47,112 bases of DNA from the IMG/VR virus record IMGVR_UViG_2585427763_000004. The stretch is one strand, 5' to 3'. The translations under genes and the position numbers were made by a program. The notes under the pieces are model-generated. The model searched no databases. It was not told the DNA's origin and saw only the letters and a program-made list of their open reading frames with translations. This document shows, piece by piece, positions 15,938 through 24,629 of the stretch. Numbering within the stretch: the stretch's first letter is position 1; every line of letters begins with the position of its first letter. The DNA is from a virus. Lineage: Duplodnaviria; Heunggongvirae; Uroviricota; Caudoviricetes.

Positions 15938-16987
15938 ATGCTTAATACTGTAAAAATATCCAGTTGTGAGTTAATCAACGCCGACTGCCTGGAATTTATC
16001 CGGTCGTTACCCGAAAATTCTGTTGACCTGATAGTCACGGACCCGCCGTACTTTAAAGTGAAGCCTGAGGGCTGGGATAACCAGTGGAAGGGCGACGATG
16101 ATTACCTGAAGTGGCTGGACCAGTGTCTGGCGCAGTTCTGGCGGGTGCTGAAACCTGTCGGAAGTCTTTACCTGTTCTGTGGTCATCGCCTGGCATCTGA
16201 TATCGAAATCATGATGCGTGAACGCTTCAGTGTGCTGAACCATATTATCTGGGCGAAGCCGTCCGGACGCTGGAACGGATGCAACAAGGAAAGCCTGCGG
16301 GCGTATTTCCCCGCCACAGAGCGCATTCTGTTCGCGGAACATTATCAGGGGCCGTATCGTCCGAAAGATGCCGGGTATGCGGCGAAGGGCAGTGCACTGA
16401 AACAGCATGTGATGGCCCCGCTGATTTCTTACTTTCGTGATGCGCGCGCGGCCCTGGGGATAACGGCAAAACAGATTGCAGATGCCACAGGAAAGAAAAA
16501 CATGGTGTCGCACTGGTTCAGTGCCAGTCAGTGGCAGCTACCGAACGAAAGCGATTATCTGAAATTACAGTCGCTGTTTGCCCGGGTGGCAGAAGAGAAA
16601 CATCAGCGCGGTGAACTGGAAAAGCCCCACCACCAGCTGGTGGATACGTATACGTCACTGAACCGGCAGTATGTGGAGCTGCAGAGTGAATATAAGCATC
16701 TGCGGCGGTATTTTGGTGTGACGGCGCAGGTGCCGTACACGGATGTGTGGACACATAAACCGGTGCAGTTCTATCCCGGGAAACATCCGTGCGAAAAACC
16801 GGCAGAAATGCTGCAGCAGATAATCAGCGCAAGCAGTCGTCCGGGTGACCTGGTTGCAGATTTTTTTATGGGCTCAGGTTCAACGGTAAAAGCTGCACTG
16901 GCGCTCGGGCGTCGTGCGATTGGCGTTGAACTGGAGACCGGACGTTTTGAGCAGACAGTCAGGGAAGTTCAGGATTTAATCGTTTGA
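15938..16987 (+). CDS. DNA methyltransferase (N6-adenine/N4-cytosine class, beta-type motif order)
   Basis: 349-aa ORF. DPPY catalytic motif near the N-terminus (VTDPPYF) and the AdoMet-binding FxGxG motif near the C-terminus (DFFMGSGST). No adjacent restriction endonuclease gene. Confidence 0.85.
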   Translation: MLNTVKISSCELINADCLEFIRSLPENSVDLIVTDPPYFKVKPEGWDNQWKGDDDYLKWLDQCLAQFWRVLKPVGSLYLFCGHRLASDIEIMMRERFSVLNHIIWAKPSGRWNGCNKESLRAYFPATERILFAEHYQGPYRPKDAGYAAKGSALKQHVMAPLISYFRDARAALGITAKQIADATGKKNMVSHWFSASQWQLPNESDYLKLQSLFARVAEEKHQRGELEKPHHQLVDTYTSLNRQYVELQSEYKHLRRYFGVTAQVPYTDVWTHKPVQFYPGKHPCEKPAEMLQQIISASSRPGDLVADFFMGSGSTVKAALALGRRAIGVELETGRFEQTVREVQDLIV

Positions 16988-17036
16988 AACGGATGAGATT
17001 GCAGAATTAATTACGCACCATTATTATTCTGCTTCC

Positions 17037-17112
17037 GGCCCTTTAGCTCAGTGGTGAGAGCGAGCGACTCATAATCGCCAGGTCGCTGGTTCAAATCCAG
17101 CAAGGGCCACCA
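17037..17112 (+). tRNA. tRNA with CAU anticodon (Met or lysidine-modified Ile2; ileZ-like of lambdoid/Stx phages)
   Basis: 76-nt cloverleaf folded by hand. Acceptor GGCCCTT/AAGGGCC, D-arm GCTC..GAGC, anticodon loop CUCAUAA, T-arm GCTGG-TTCAAAT-CCAGC, 3' ACCA. Confidence 0.85.
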
Positions 17113-17212
17113 TCACAAACCGCCATTAGCTTATCAGGAAGAGCAGACGACACGATAACAGGGTTGTTGGTGCGGGGGCGGGTCCCCGATGACGGTCCAT
17201 TATCGGTATTCA

Positions 17213-17289
17213 GCGTTGTTAGCTCAGCCGGACAGAGCAATTGCCTTCTAAGCAATCGGTCACTGGTTCGAATCCAGTACAGCGCGCCA
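17213..17289 (+). tRNA. tRNA-Arg (anticodon UCU)
   Basis: 77-nt cloverleaf folded by hand. Acceptor GCGTTGT/ACAGCGC (one G-U), anticodon stem ATTGC/GCAAT with loop CUUCUAA, T-loop TTCGAAT, 3' GCCA. Confidence 0.85.
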
Positions 17290-17396
17290 TATTCATTCTT
17301 CCAGATTCCTTTCGGCAGAGCCTTATACTGAAATATACCTGGCTCAGGATATTGTTGAAAATATTATATGTTTGTCAAAAATAAAAGTTCTGTTAA

Positions 17397-17753
17397 GTGT
17401 TGATTGAGTGTTTGTTATACGGTCTAATGGTTTTTTCAGCATTAAATATTTATCATTCATATGGTGTGGGTAGAGTGAATATTGATGAGGCGTCGGGGTG
17501 TTTCATCCTTAGGCAGCGTATTGATATAGTCAATGCAGAACGAGCAAAGGCCTTCAGCCGTTTGACAGTTTTGTTCTGTACTCCTGATCGTCTTTCGGGA
17601 AGAGACGTTATTATTCTGAATAGTGATGCTATACAGAGGGTTTGCGATGAGTTCATGGTGGCTAATTCAGAATTATTTGCTCTTGTTCAGGAGTACAACA
17701 GAATAGCCAGGACCTGTGGTATGGATGAACTTCGGATTACTCATCTGGGGTAG
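17397..17753 (+). CDS. Hypothetical protein (AT-rich cargo region)
   Basis: 118-aa ORF in a low-GC segment downstream of the tRNAs. Start codon uncertain (track uses GTG). No motif recognised. Confidence 0.3.
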   Translation: MLIECLLYGLMVFSALNIYHSYGVGRVNIDEASGCFILRQRIDIVNAERAKAFSRLTVLFCTPDRLSGRDVIILNSDAIQRVCDEFMVANSELFALVQEYNRIARTCGMDELRITHLG

Positions 17754-18146
17754 ATACATATCTGGATTATCACCGGTTACGGTAAAAAGTGATTGCTTAC
17801 TGTTTTTGTGAATGGCATTGCAGCAGCCGGATAATGTCAGTGCTGGCTGACGGTGTGCTGGTGGCGGGTGTGGTGGTTGCTGCTTTCCCGTTGCTGAAAA
17901 AGAAAACGCCAGACTGTTAGCCGGGTATCAGTTAGCGGGAGAAATTTTTAAATACTTCACAATTCAGGCGGTTGACTGTTGTCTGGTTTGCGGGGAGTTT
18001 GTTAAAAGAAACTGGCATGGTGAATCCCCCTGTGCGGAGGGGCAATCAGCGAGTAGGTATATGGGATAATCGCGGATTCAGGTGCTGGTACTGAATTCAC
18101 CGGGAGGCACCCGGCACCATGCAATGGCACATAGCGCCACTCTCCA

Positions 18147-18175
18147 GCCCCTCTCCGGAGGGGCTGTTTATATTG
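18147..18175 (+). terminator. Rho-independent terminator
   Basis: Perfect 7-bp stem GCCCCTC tccg GAGGGGC followed by TGTTTATATTGATTTT. Confidence 0.55.
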
Positions 18176-18200
18176 ATTTTGTCAGATGTGAGTAAACTCC

Positions 18201-18536
18201 TTATGGACTTTGTTGTTTTAGCCCATAAGGACATATTTGCAGAGTGCAACGGTTATTAAAGCATTCATTCAATACGTTATCTGTATTTGTAGGGCATTCC
18301 TGGCTGTTTTTGATTAAATTCCAGAATGTTTTATTGAATGGTACTACGTTGTAAATGGTTACAGGCAGCACTTTGTTATTGAGCATGATGCCTGTGTGAG
18401 TCAGTGTAAATATACTTTCAGGAGGTAAGAAAGCATCCGATTGATACCAGATTATTAATTTTATTTTACTCCATATGACTGAAAAAGATATTCCGCATGA
18501 TGGCTGGATAACTGTATCAATCACAATCCACTTCAT
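18201..18536 (-). CDS. Hypothetical Cys-containing protein (AT-rich, opposite strand to late operon)
   Basis: 111-aa ORF, low GC. C-terminal cysteine cluster [27 protein letters not shown] long open frame in AT-rich DNA is unlikely by chance. Confidence 0.35.
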   Translation of the reverse strand: MKWIVIDTVIQPSCGISFSVIWSKIKLIIWYQSDAFLPPESIFTLTHTGIMLNNKVLPVTIYNVVPFNKTFWNLIKNSQECPTNTDNVLNECFNNRCTLQICPYGLKQQSP

Positions 18537-18796
18537 TTAGTTTCCTTGTTTATGCCTTGCTGGTGATGTTCTGAAAAGTATAAATGATATTTTTGATTGT
18601 AAACCATAGAGCAGAATTATTTTTCTGATGTTGTTTATTGTTTATTTAAATGCAGGGTGGTTTATATCTCGTCTTGTAGTTTATCCATGCATATCTGCTT
18701 GATGATGAGGTTTTTAATTAAGGTATGGTTTTGTGTTTTTTCTGTATTACATGTCAGGTATTTTAAAGAATCATTTTTCAGATGGTGGAAAGAACC

Positions 18797-20650
18797 ATGG
18801 CATTTAAACACTATGATGTTGTCAGGGCGGCGTCGCCGTCAGATCTTGCGGAAAAGCTGACACATAAACTGAAAGAGGGCTGGCAGCCGTTTGGTAGTCC
18901 GGTGGCCATAACCCCTTATACCCTGATGCAGGCGATTGCAGCAGAAGGTGATGTGGTCGTCAGTGGTGCAACTGAGCCGGAGTGGTACTACGTCATCGTA
19001 CTGGCCGGGCAGTCCAATGCCATGGCTTACGGTGAAGGGCTTCCGCTTCCGGATTCATACGATGCGCCCCATCCGCGCATTAAGCAACTGGCCCGTCGTA
19101 ACACAGTGACTCCCGGTGGTGAAGTATGCGTATTTAACGACATCATTCCTGCTGACCATTGTCTGCATGATGTTCAGGATATGAGTACGATTAACCATCC
19201 CCGGGCTGACCTGAGCAAAGGGCAGTACGGCTGTGTCGGACAGGGCTTACATATTGCCAAAAAACTGCTTCCGTATATCCCTAATAACGCGGGGATCCTG
19301 CTGGTACCATGCTGTCGTGGTGGTTCGGCATTCACCCAGGGCACGGAGGGGACATTCAGCGAGTCCACGGGGGCCAGTCAGGATTCGGCTCGCTGGGGAG
19401 TGGGTAAGCCGTTATATCAGGATCTGCTTTTCCGCACGAAGGCAGCATTGCAGAAAAACCCGAAAAACGTTTTGCTGGCGATATGCTGGATGCAGGGGGA
19501 ATTCGATATGACGAATGCCAGTTACGCCCAGCAGCCAGCAGCATTTCTTGCAATGGTACAGCAGTTCCGTGCTGACCTTGCCGGGCTGGCGGCGCAGTGT
19601 CACGGTGGAAGTCCGGCATCAGTCCCCTGGATTTGTGGCGACACGACATACGCGTGGAAACAAGAACACGGTACGCAATATGAAGTGGTATATGGTGCAT
19701 ATAAAGGTAAAGAATCCCAGCAGATTTATTTTGTTCCCTTTATGACCGATGGTAGCGGAGTTAATACACCGACAAACAACCCGTCAGAAGATCCTGATAT
19801 TGTCGGGTCTGGTTATTACGGTTCGGCATCCCGAACGAACAAAAACTGGGTATCATCAAATCGCCCGACGCATTTCAGCTCATGGGCGCGTCGTGGCATT
19901 ATTCCCGATCGTATGGCAACCGCTATTCTGAACGCAGCCGGGCGCACCTCAGCCTTCATCAGTGGTAAGGCACCGGAAATCAAACCCTCGCCCGGCGGCG
20001 ACACGCCATCGGGTCCGTCTGCAGATACGTCCGTTCGCACAATCTCCCTGCTGCCGACAGCCGGAGAGGCTGCTGCGCAGGGCTGGAGCATTAAGAATGG
20101 CGGAATTCAGTTGTCAGATGGTGTATTTAAGATCACCAAGCAGAGCAATAAAGCCTGGTCCCTGACGCGCCCGGTGGATGACGCAGTCTCCCTGCTGACA
20201 CGGGGTGGCAGACTGAGCTGTAAGTTTCGACTGTCAGGCGCACTGACCAACAACCAGTTCGGTCTGGGAATTTATCTGTATACCGATGTAGCGTTACCTG
20301 ACGTCGTGGCGATGACCGGGACTGGTAACCCGTTCCTGATGTCGTTCTTCACCCAGACCACAGACGGCAAACTGAATCTGATGCATCACAAGAAAGCCGG
20401 AAACACAAAGTTGGGCGAGTTCGGGAATTACAGTAACGACTGGCAGACGCTGGAGCTGGTGTTCACCGCCGGCAGTGCCACGGTTACTCCGAAACTGAAT
20501 GGAGTGGCTGGCCCGGCATTCCAGGTCATAAAAGACAGTCTGACAGTGGGACTAAATGCACTGACGCTGACGGATATTACCAAAAATGCAACGTATGGCG
20601 TTGAGATAGAAAGTCTGGTGCTGGAGATAAATGCACCGGCATCATCATAA
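18797..20650 (+). CDS. nanS: NanS-p-like sialate 9-O-acetylesterase (DUF1737 N-terminal domain + SASA/SGNH esterase domain)
   Basis: Track ORF 18782..20650; the ATG at 18797 gives [21 protein letters not shown] (DUF1737-like). Esterase block [17 protein letters not shown] with the GQSN motif. Occupies the slot downstream of tRNAs/stx in Stx-type phages (recalled). Confidence 0.7.
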   Translation: MAFKHYDVVRAASPSDLAEKLTHKLKEGWQPFGSPVAITPYTLMQAIAAEGDVVVSGATEPEWYYVIVLAGQSNAMAYGEGLPLPDSYDAPHPRIKQLARRNTVTPGGEVCVFNDIIPADHCLHDVQDMSTINHPRADLSKGQYGCVGQGLHIAKKLLPYIPNNAGILLVPCCRGGSAFTQGTEGTFSESTGASQDSARWGVGKPLYQDLLFRTKAALQKNPKNVLLAICWMQGEFDMTNASYAQQPAAFLAMVQQFRADLAGLAAQCHGGSPASVPWICGDTTYAWKQEHGTQYEVVYGAYKGKESQQIYFVPFMTDGSGVNTPTNNPSEDPDIVGSGYYGSASRTNKNWVSSNRPTHFSSWARRGIIPDRMATAILNAAGRTSAFISGKAPEIKPSPGGDTPSGPSADTSVRTISLLPTAGEAAAQGWSIKNGGIQLSDGVFKITKQSNKAWSLTRPVDDAVSLLTRGGRLSCKFRLSGALTNNQFGLGIYLYTDVALPDVVAMTGTGNPFLMSFFTQTTDGKLNLMHHKKAGNTKLGEFGNYSNDWQTLELVFTAGSATVTPKLNGVAGPAFQVIKDSLTVGLNALTLTDITKNATYGVEIESLVLEINAPASS

Positions 20651-20799
20651 AAAGTGAGCCAGTCAAATGGAAGGTATCGTTAAACTCACCGGTAGTGTCA
20701 GTGGGTCGTCTGAGACGCCTGCATGAGTTATCAGAGCCATCAGTACTTAACTGGTGGCTTTTTTATTGTTGTCAGCTTCCGGATAACGGGAGACGGGGT

Positions 20800-21015
20800 A
20801 TGTACCAGATGGAAAAAATCACAACAGGTGTGTCATACACCACGTCAGCGGTGGGAACGGGCTACTGGTTCCTGCAGTTGCTGGACAGGGTTTCCCCGTC
20901 TCAGTGGGCGGCAATAGGCGTGCTGGGGAGTCTGCTGTTTGGGCTGCTGACATATCTGACTAACCTGTATTTCAAAATCAGAGAGGACCGTCGTAAGGCT
21001 GCACGGGGAGAGTAA
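20800..21015 (+). CDS. S: Pinholin, S21-like class II holin
   Basis: 71-aa product [71 protein letters not shown] is near-identical over most of its length to phage 21 S as recalled. Dual-start motif M-Y-Q-M. RBS GGAG. Confidence 0.8.
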   Translation: MYQMEKITTGVSYTTSAVGTGYWFLQLLDRVSPSQWAAIGVLGSLLFGLLTYLTNLYFKIREDRRKAARGE

Positions 21016-21019
21016 TTCA

Positions 21020-21334
21020 ATGACTCAAAACTATAAACTGATTGTGAAAGGGATCCGCAATTTTGAGAATAAAGTTACGGTAACTTTAGCGTTACGGGAC
21101 AAAAAACGCTTTGACGGTGAAATTTTTGACCTGGACATCTCGCTGGACCGTGTTGAAGGTGCCGCGCTGGAGTTTTATGAGGCAGCAGCCAGAAGGAGCA
21201 TCAGACAGGTCTTCCTGGATGTTGCTGCCGGGTTATGTGAAGGGGACGAGCTGTTGCCAGAAACGCGCCCCTGTTCAGAGGCGCGGTATACCATAAAAAT
21301 TAACAGTTCTGATAACTCGATTACGGGTTGTTAG
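21020..21334 (+). CDS. Hypothetical protein inserted between holin and endolysin
   Basis: 104-aa ORF with an RBS-like GGGGAGAG upstream. No motif recognised. Its position inside the lysis cassette is atypical for lambda. Confidence 0.45.
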   Translation: MTQNYKLIVKGIRNFENKVTVTLALRDKKRFDGEIFDLDISLDRVEGAALEFYEAAARRSIRQVFLDVAAGLCEGDELLPETRPCSEARYTIKINSSDNSITGC

Positions 21335-21389
21335 CTTTTTGCAGTTGGCTTTCCAGTATCTTTCATTGGTAGCATCCTGATAAATATCC

Positions 21390-21923
21390 ATGAGCGCAAA
21401 AATCAAATACGGCCTGTCAGCTGCTGTTCTGGCGCTGATTGCTGCAGGCGCGTCTGCTCCTCAGATACTTGACCAGTTTCTGGACGAAAAAGAGGGTAAC
21501 CACACAACGGCATACCGCGATGGTTCCGGCATCTGGACCATCTGTCGGGGGGCCACGATGGTGGATGGAAAACCCGTTTTTCCCGGTATGAAACTGTCGA
21601 AGGAAAAATGCGACCAGGTCAACGCCATTGAGCGTGATAAGGCGCTGGCATGGGTGGAGAAAAACATCAAAGTGCCATTGAGCGAACCCCAGAAAGCGGG
21701 GATCGCGTCATTCTGTCCGTACAACATTGGTCCCGGTAAGTGTTTCCCGTCGACGTTTTATAAACGAATTAATGCAGGTGATCGCAGGGGAGCGTGTGAG
21801 GCGATTCGCTGGTGGATTAAGGACGGTGGCAGAGACTGCCGTATTCGTTCAAACAACTGCTACGGTCAGGTATCCCGTCGTGACCAGGAGAGCGCGCTGG
21901 CGTGCTGGGGTATCGACAGATAA
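21390..21923 (+). CDS. R: SAR endolysin (GH24 T4-type lysozyme with N-terminal signal-anchor-release domain)
   Basis: 177-aa ORF. N-terminal weakly hydrophobic Gly/Ala-rich segment GLSAAVLALIAAGASA. Catalytic E-x8-D-x5-T pattern (EGNHTTAYRDGSGIWT). Pairs with a pinholin as in phage 21. Confidence 0.85.
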   Translation: MSAKIKYGLSAAVLALIAAGASAPQILDQFLDEKEGNHTTAYRDGSGIWTICRGATMVDGKPVFPGMKLSKEKCDQVNAIERDKALAWVEKNIKVPLSEPQKAGIASFCPYNIGPGKCFPSTFYKRINAGDRRGACEAIRWWIKDGGRDCRIRSNNCYGQVSRRDQESALACWGIDR

Positions 21924-22013
21924 GCAGAATATTTTGCTGAAAAATAAGGCATGGCCACGCGGGCGGATAACATGAAATCCTGCGAAGTGGCGAAACGTAA
22001 GTGAATAAAAGTA

Positions 22014-22050
22014 AAAACCCCGTTTGTTGGCACCAAGCGGGGTTTTGTGT
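22014..22050 (+). terminator. Possible rho-independent terminator
   Basis: AAAACCCCG ... CGGGGTTTTGTGTTT with a long loop. Weaker than the other terminators called. Confidence 0.35.
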
Positions 22051-22121
22051 TTCCTGACTCCGGAAAAGTCAAAGGAGAAAGTGTGTTTGATTTTAGCAAA
22101 CTGATTCGGGAGATTCGAGTG

Positions 22122-22220
22122 ATGGCTGAAAAATTATCCACCTGGAAGTTCATTCTTATCTGGCTGGTGTTTGTGATTATGGCCTCCGGTTATTTCATCG
22201 GTCAGATACGCTGGTGGTGA
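22122..22220 (+). CDS. Possible small membrane peptide (32 aa)
   Basis: Manual translation: [32 protein letters not shown], stop 2 nt before the Rz ATG, RBS-like GGGAG upstream. Could be spurious. Confidence 0.25.
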   Translation: MAEKLSTWKFILIWLVFVIMASGYFIGQIRWW

Positions 22221-22221
22221 A

Positions 22222-22686
22222 ATGAACCGCGTACTGTGCGTGGTCATCATTGCCCTGCTGGTGGCCTGTGGTGCGCTTAGTCTGGGGCTGAATCATTACC
22301 GTGATAACGCCATTACCTACAAAGCCCAGCGCGACAAAAATGTCAGAGAACTGAAGCTGGCGAACGCGGCAATTACTGACATGCAGATGCGTCAGCGTGA
22401 TGTTGCTGCGCTCGATGCAAAATACACGAAGGAGTTAGCTGATGCGAAAGCTGAAAATGATGCTCTGCGTGATGATGTTGCCGCTGGTCGTCGTCGGTTG
22501 CACATCAAAGCAGTCTGTCAGTCAGTGCGTGAAGCCACCACCGCCTCCGGCGTGGATAATGCAGCCTCCCCCCGACTGGCAGACACCGCTGAACGGGATT
22601 ATTTCACCCTCAGAGCGCGACTGATAATAATGCAAAAACAACTTGAAGGGGCACAGCTATACATTCGAGAGCAATGCCTCAGATAA
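22222..22686 (+). CDS. Rz: Rz i-spanin (inner-membrane spanin subunit)
   Basis: 154-aa ORF. N-terminal TM helix, coiled-coil-like periplasmic domain. Contains an embedded +1-frame lipoprotein ORF (Rz1). Confidence 0.8.
   Translation: MNRVLCVVIIALLVACGALSLGLNHYRDNAITYKAQRDKNVRELKLANAAITDMQMRQRDVAALDAKYTKELADAKAENDALRDDVAAGRRRLHIKAVCQSVREATTASGVDNAASPRLADTAERDYFTLRARLIIMQKQLEGAQLYIREQCLR
22442..22624 (+). CDS. Rz1: Rz1 o-spanin (outer-membrane lipoprotein), embedded in Rz
   Basis: 60-aa ORF wholly within Rz in another frame. Lipobox LVVVGC, proline-rich mature part ([16 protein letters not shown]). True start may be an internal Met. Confidence 0.7.
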   Translation: MRKLKMMLCVMMLPLVVVGCTSKQSVSQCVKPPPPPAWIMQPPPDWQTPLNGIISPSERD

Positions 22687-22993
22687 AAACCGGCCAAGGA
22701 TAATCCGCTGAAGATTCGCCGGTGGCTAAAGTGTGCCAAGAGTTCAATTTACGCAATTACTCCTGTCGATGCTATGCACCGTCTTTGTGAAGTCAATGGA
22801 TACCTGATTTATTTCTGTGCGCTGTATCGTCGCTGTACTCTTGCATTAATTATGACTGTAGCCTGACGGGGAACTCCTTCTGCACAAGTGTGGGGGAATA
22901 ATCAAAAACGATGCACACCGGGGTTACCGGGTACACATATTTCATCATGCCAGCGAGTCCGGTTCTGGTACGGAAGAAACCGGACGTTATGAT

Positions 22994-23404
22994 TTAGTGC
23001 GGAAATATTTGTGTAGTGTTCTGAATGTTCTCAGTAAAGAGTAATGAATTATCAAAGGTATAGTAATATCTTTTGTTTTCGTGGATATTTGTAATCCATC
23101 TGAAAACCCCTGCTGTAGCAAGATTTTTCCTGTATTCGTAAAATGATAACTCTCCTGATTTGAATCCTTTTAAGGTGGCTTCTATAAGGCATTTATTTTT
23201 TGAAAATCTTACATTTACAACCTTACCCTGTCCTTTTATTAAAACCGTATTATCGTTTTCAAGAACAAGATGAATATTCTCTGTGGCTAAATAGTAAATG
23301 TAATGTGAGACATTGTGACGTTTTAGTTCAGAATAAAACCAGTGATAGTTTAAATTATTTCGCACTTTATCGAATATTTGTTTAAAAATGGCAACCTGAG
23401 CCAT
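22994..23404 (-). CDS. Hypothetical protein (low-GC moron; YbcV/DUF1398-like position, tentative)
   Basis: Track ORF 22994..23419; likely start at MAQVAIFKQ (136 aa). AT-rich. Occupies the bor/ybcV slot between the lysis genes and cos. Confidence 0.4.
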   Translation of the reverse strand: MAQVAIFKQIFDKVRNNLNYHWFYSELKRHNVSHYIYYLATENIHLVLENDNTVLIKGQGKVVNVRFSKNKCLIEATLKGFKSGELSFYEYRKNLATAGVFRWITNIHENKRYYYTFDNSLLFTENIQNTTQIFPH

Positions 23405-23461
23405 TGTAGTACCTTCCATGTGATATGAGGGGGCGTAGTCTGCACGATTATCTAAATTGCT

Positions 23462-23695
23462 TCAATCTGGTCTGACCTGTTTTCTGAGCAATTCAGTAAT
23501 GTCACTCTTTTCTTTGTTTGCTTCAGGCGAAACTCTTTTTTCTGAGCACAGTCTCCGGCGGCAGGCTTCAATGACCCAGGCTGAGAAATTCCCGGACCCT
23601 TTTTGAACAAGAGCGATGTTAATTTGTTCAATCATTTGGTTAGGAAAGCGGATGTTGCGGGTTGTTGTTCTGCGGGTTCTGTTCTTCGTTGACAT
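23462..23695 (-). CDS. Ribbon-helix-helix (Arc/CopG-like) DNA-binding protein
   Basis: 77-aa ORF. RHH-like segment RNIRFPNQMIEQINIALVQKGSGNFSAWVIEACRRRL. Immediately upstream, on the same strand, of the 136-aa ORF. Confidence 0.45.
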   Translation of the reverse strand: MSTKNRTRRTTTRNIRFPNQMIEQINIALVQKGSGNFSAWVIEACRRRLCSEKRVSPEANKEKSDITELLRKQVRPD

Positions 23696-23894
23696 GAGGT
23701 TGCCCTGTATTCAGTGTCGCTGATTTGTATTGTCTGAAGTTGTTTTTACGTTAGGTTGATGCAGATCAATTAATACGATACCTGCGTCATAATTGATTAT
23801 TTGACGTGGTTTGATGGCCTCCACGCACGTTGTGATATGTAGATGATAATCATTATCGCTTTACGGGTCCTTTCCGGTGATCCGACAGGTTACG

Positions 23895-23906
23895 GGGCGG
23901 CGACCT
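23895..23906 (+). other. cos: cosN cohesive-end site (12-nt GGGCGGCGACCT identical to phage lambda)
   Basis: Exact 12-mer GGGCGGCGACCT, followed by CGCGCGTTTTCACTATTTATGA, closely resembling the lambda left end as recalled. About 215 bp upstream of the terminase small-subunit gene. Confidence 0.8.
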
Positions 23907-24122
23907 CGCGCGTTTTCACTATTTATGAGATTTTTTGAGGGGGTGGTTGTTGTTTAATTGTTTGGTATATCTAATTGATAAGTAAGGTGAAAATAAAATA
24001 AATACAACAACCTTACGATGTGTTTTGATGTCGTCAATGCGAAAAATGTCAATGATATCAAATGGTTTTGCAAAAACACATGGTTGTTGTTTCGCTTTTT
24101 ATCGATGACTTATGGAGAGGAG

Positions 24123-24629
24123 ATGGCCTTTTTATTGAATAAAAGTGATATGGCCTCCTCCATCGGTATCTCTGTTCAGGCATTTGATAAATGGGGCGTT
24201 CCTCCTGTTGAACGTCGGGGGAGGGAAGTTTTATATGACGTTAAAACTGTACTGGAGATAGATCGCGAGCGGCGACAACACAATCAGAGAACACCTGATG
24301 ACGGGGGAGAACTGGAGGAAAGGCTGCTTCGGGCCAGAGCTGAACTGACAGAAGAACAGGCTGTAGCTCAAAAACTTAAAAATCAGGTAACCGAAGGTAA
24401 GCTCATCGATTCAGACTTCTGCGTTTTCGCCCTCAGCAAACTGGCGATGGCATTGTCCAGTACGCTTGATTCCATTCCGTTATCCATGCAGCGACAGTTC
24501 CCGGATTTAACGCCACGTCATATTGACCATCTGAAAACCCTTATTGCAAAGGGCGCAAATCAGTGTGCGCGGGCAGGGGATAAATTACCGGATTTGCTGG
24601 ATGAATATATCAGAGCAACAACTGAATAA
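24123..24629 (+). CDS. nu1: Terminase small subunit (Nu1-like)
   Basis: Track ORF 24018..24629. The ATG at 24123 is preceded by GGAGAGG. Aligns by eye with lambda Nu1 (EVLYD..., FCVFALSKLAMALSSTLDSIPLSMQRQFPDL). Confidence 0.85.
   Translation: MAFLLNKSDMASSIGISVQAFDKWGVPPVERRGREVLYDVKTVLEIDRERRQHNQRTPDDGGELEERLLRARAELTEEQAVAQKLKNQVTEGKLIDSDFCVFALSKLAMALSSTLDSIPLSMQRQFPDLTPRHIDHLKTLIAKGANQCARAGDKLPDLLDEYIRATTE

Noticed and set aside
17113-17212. Possible third tRNA between the two tRNA genes (as in ileZ-argN-argO clusters)
   Set aside because: Could not fold a cloverleaf with a 7-bp acceptor stem and a T-loop consensus from this spacer. May be degenerate; tRNAscan-SE would settle it.
17290-18780. 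Shiga toxin genes (stxA/stxB) expected downstream of the late-operon tRNAs
   Set aside because: No ORF in this interval resembles the StxA N-glycosidase or the about 89-aa StxB pentamer subunit. The ORFs present are unrelated in size and sequence.
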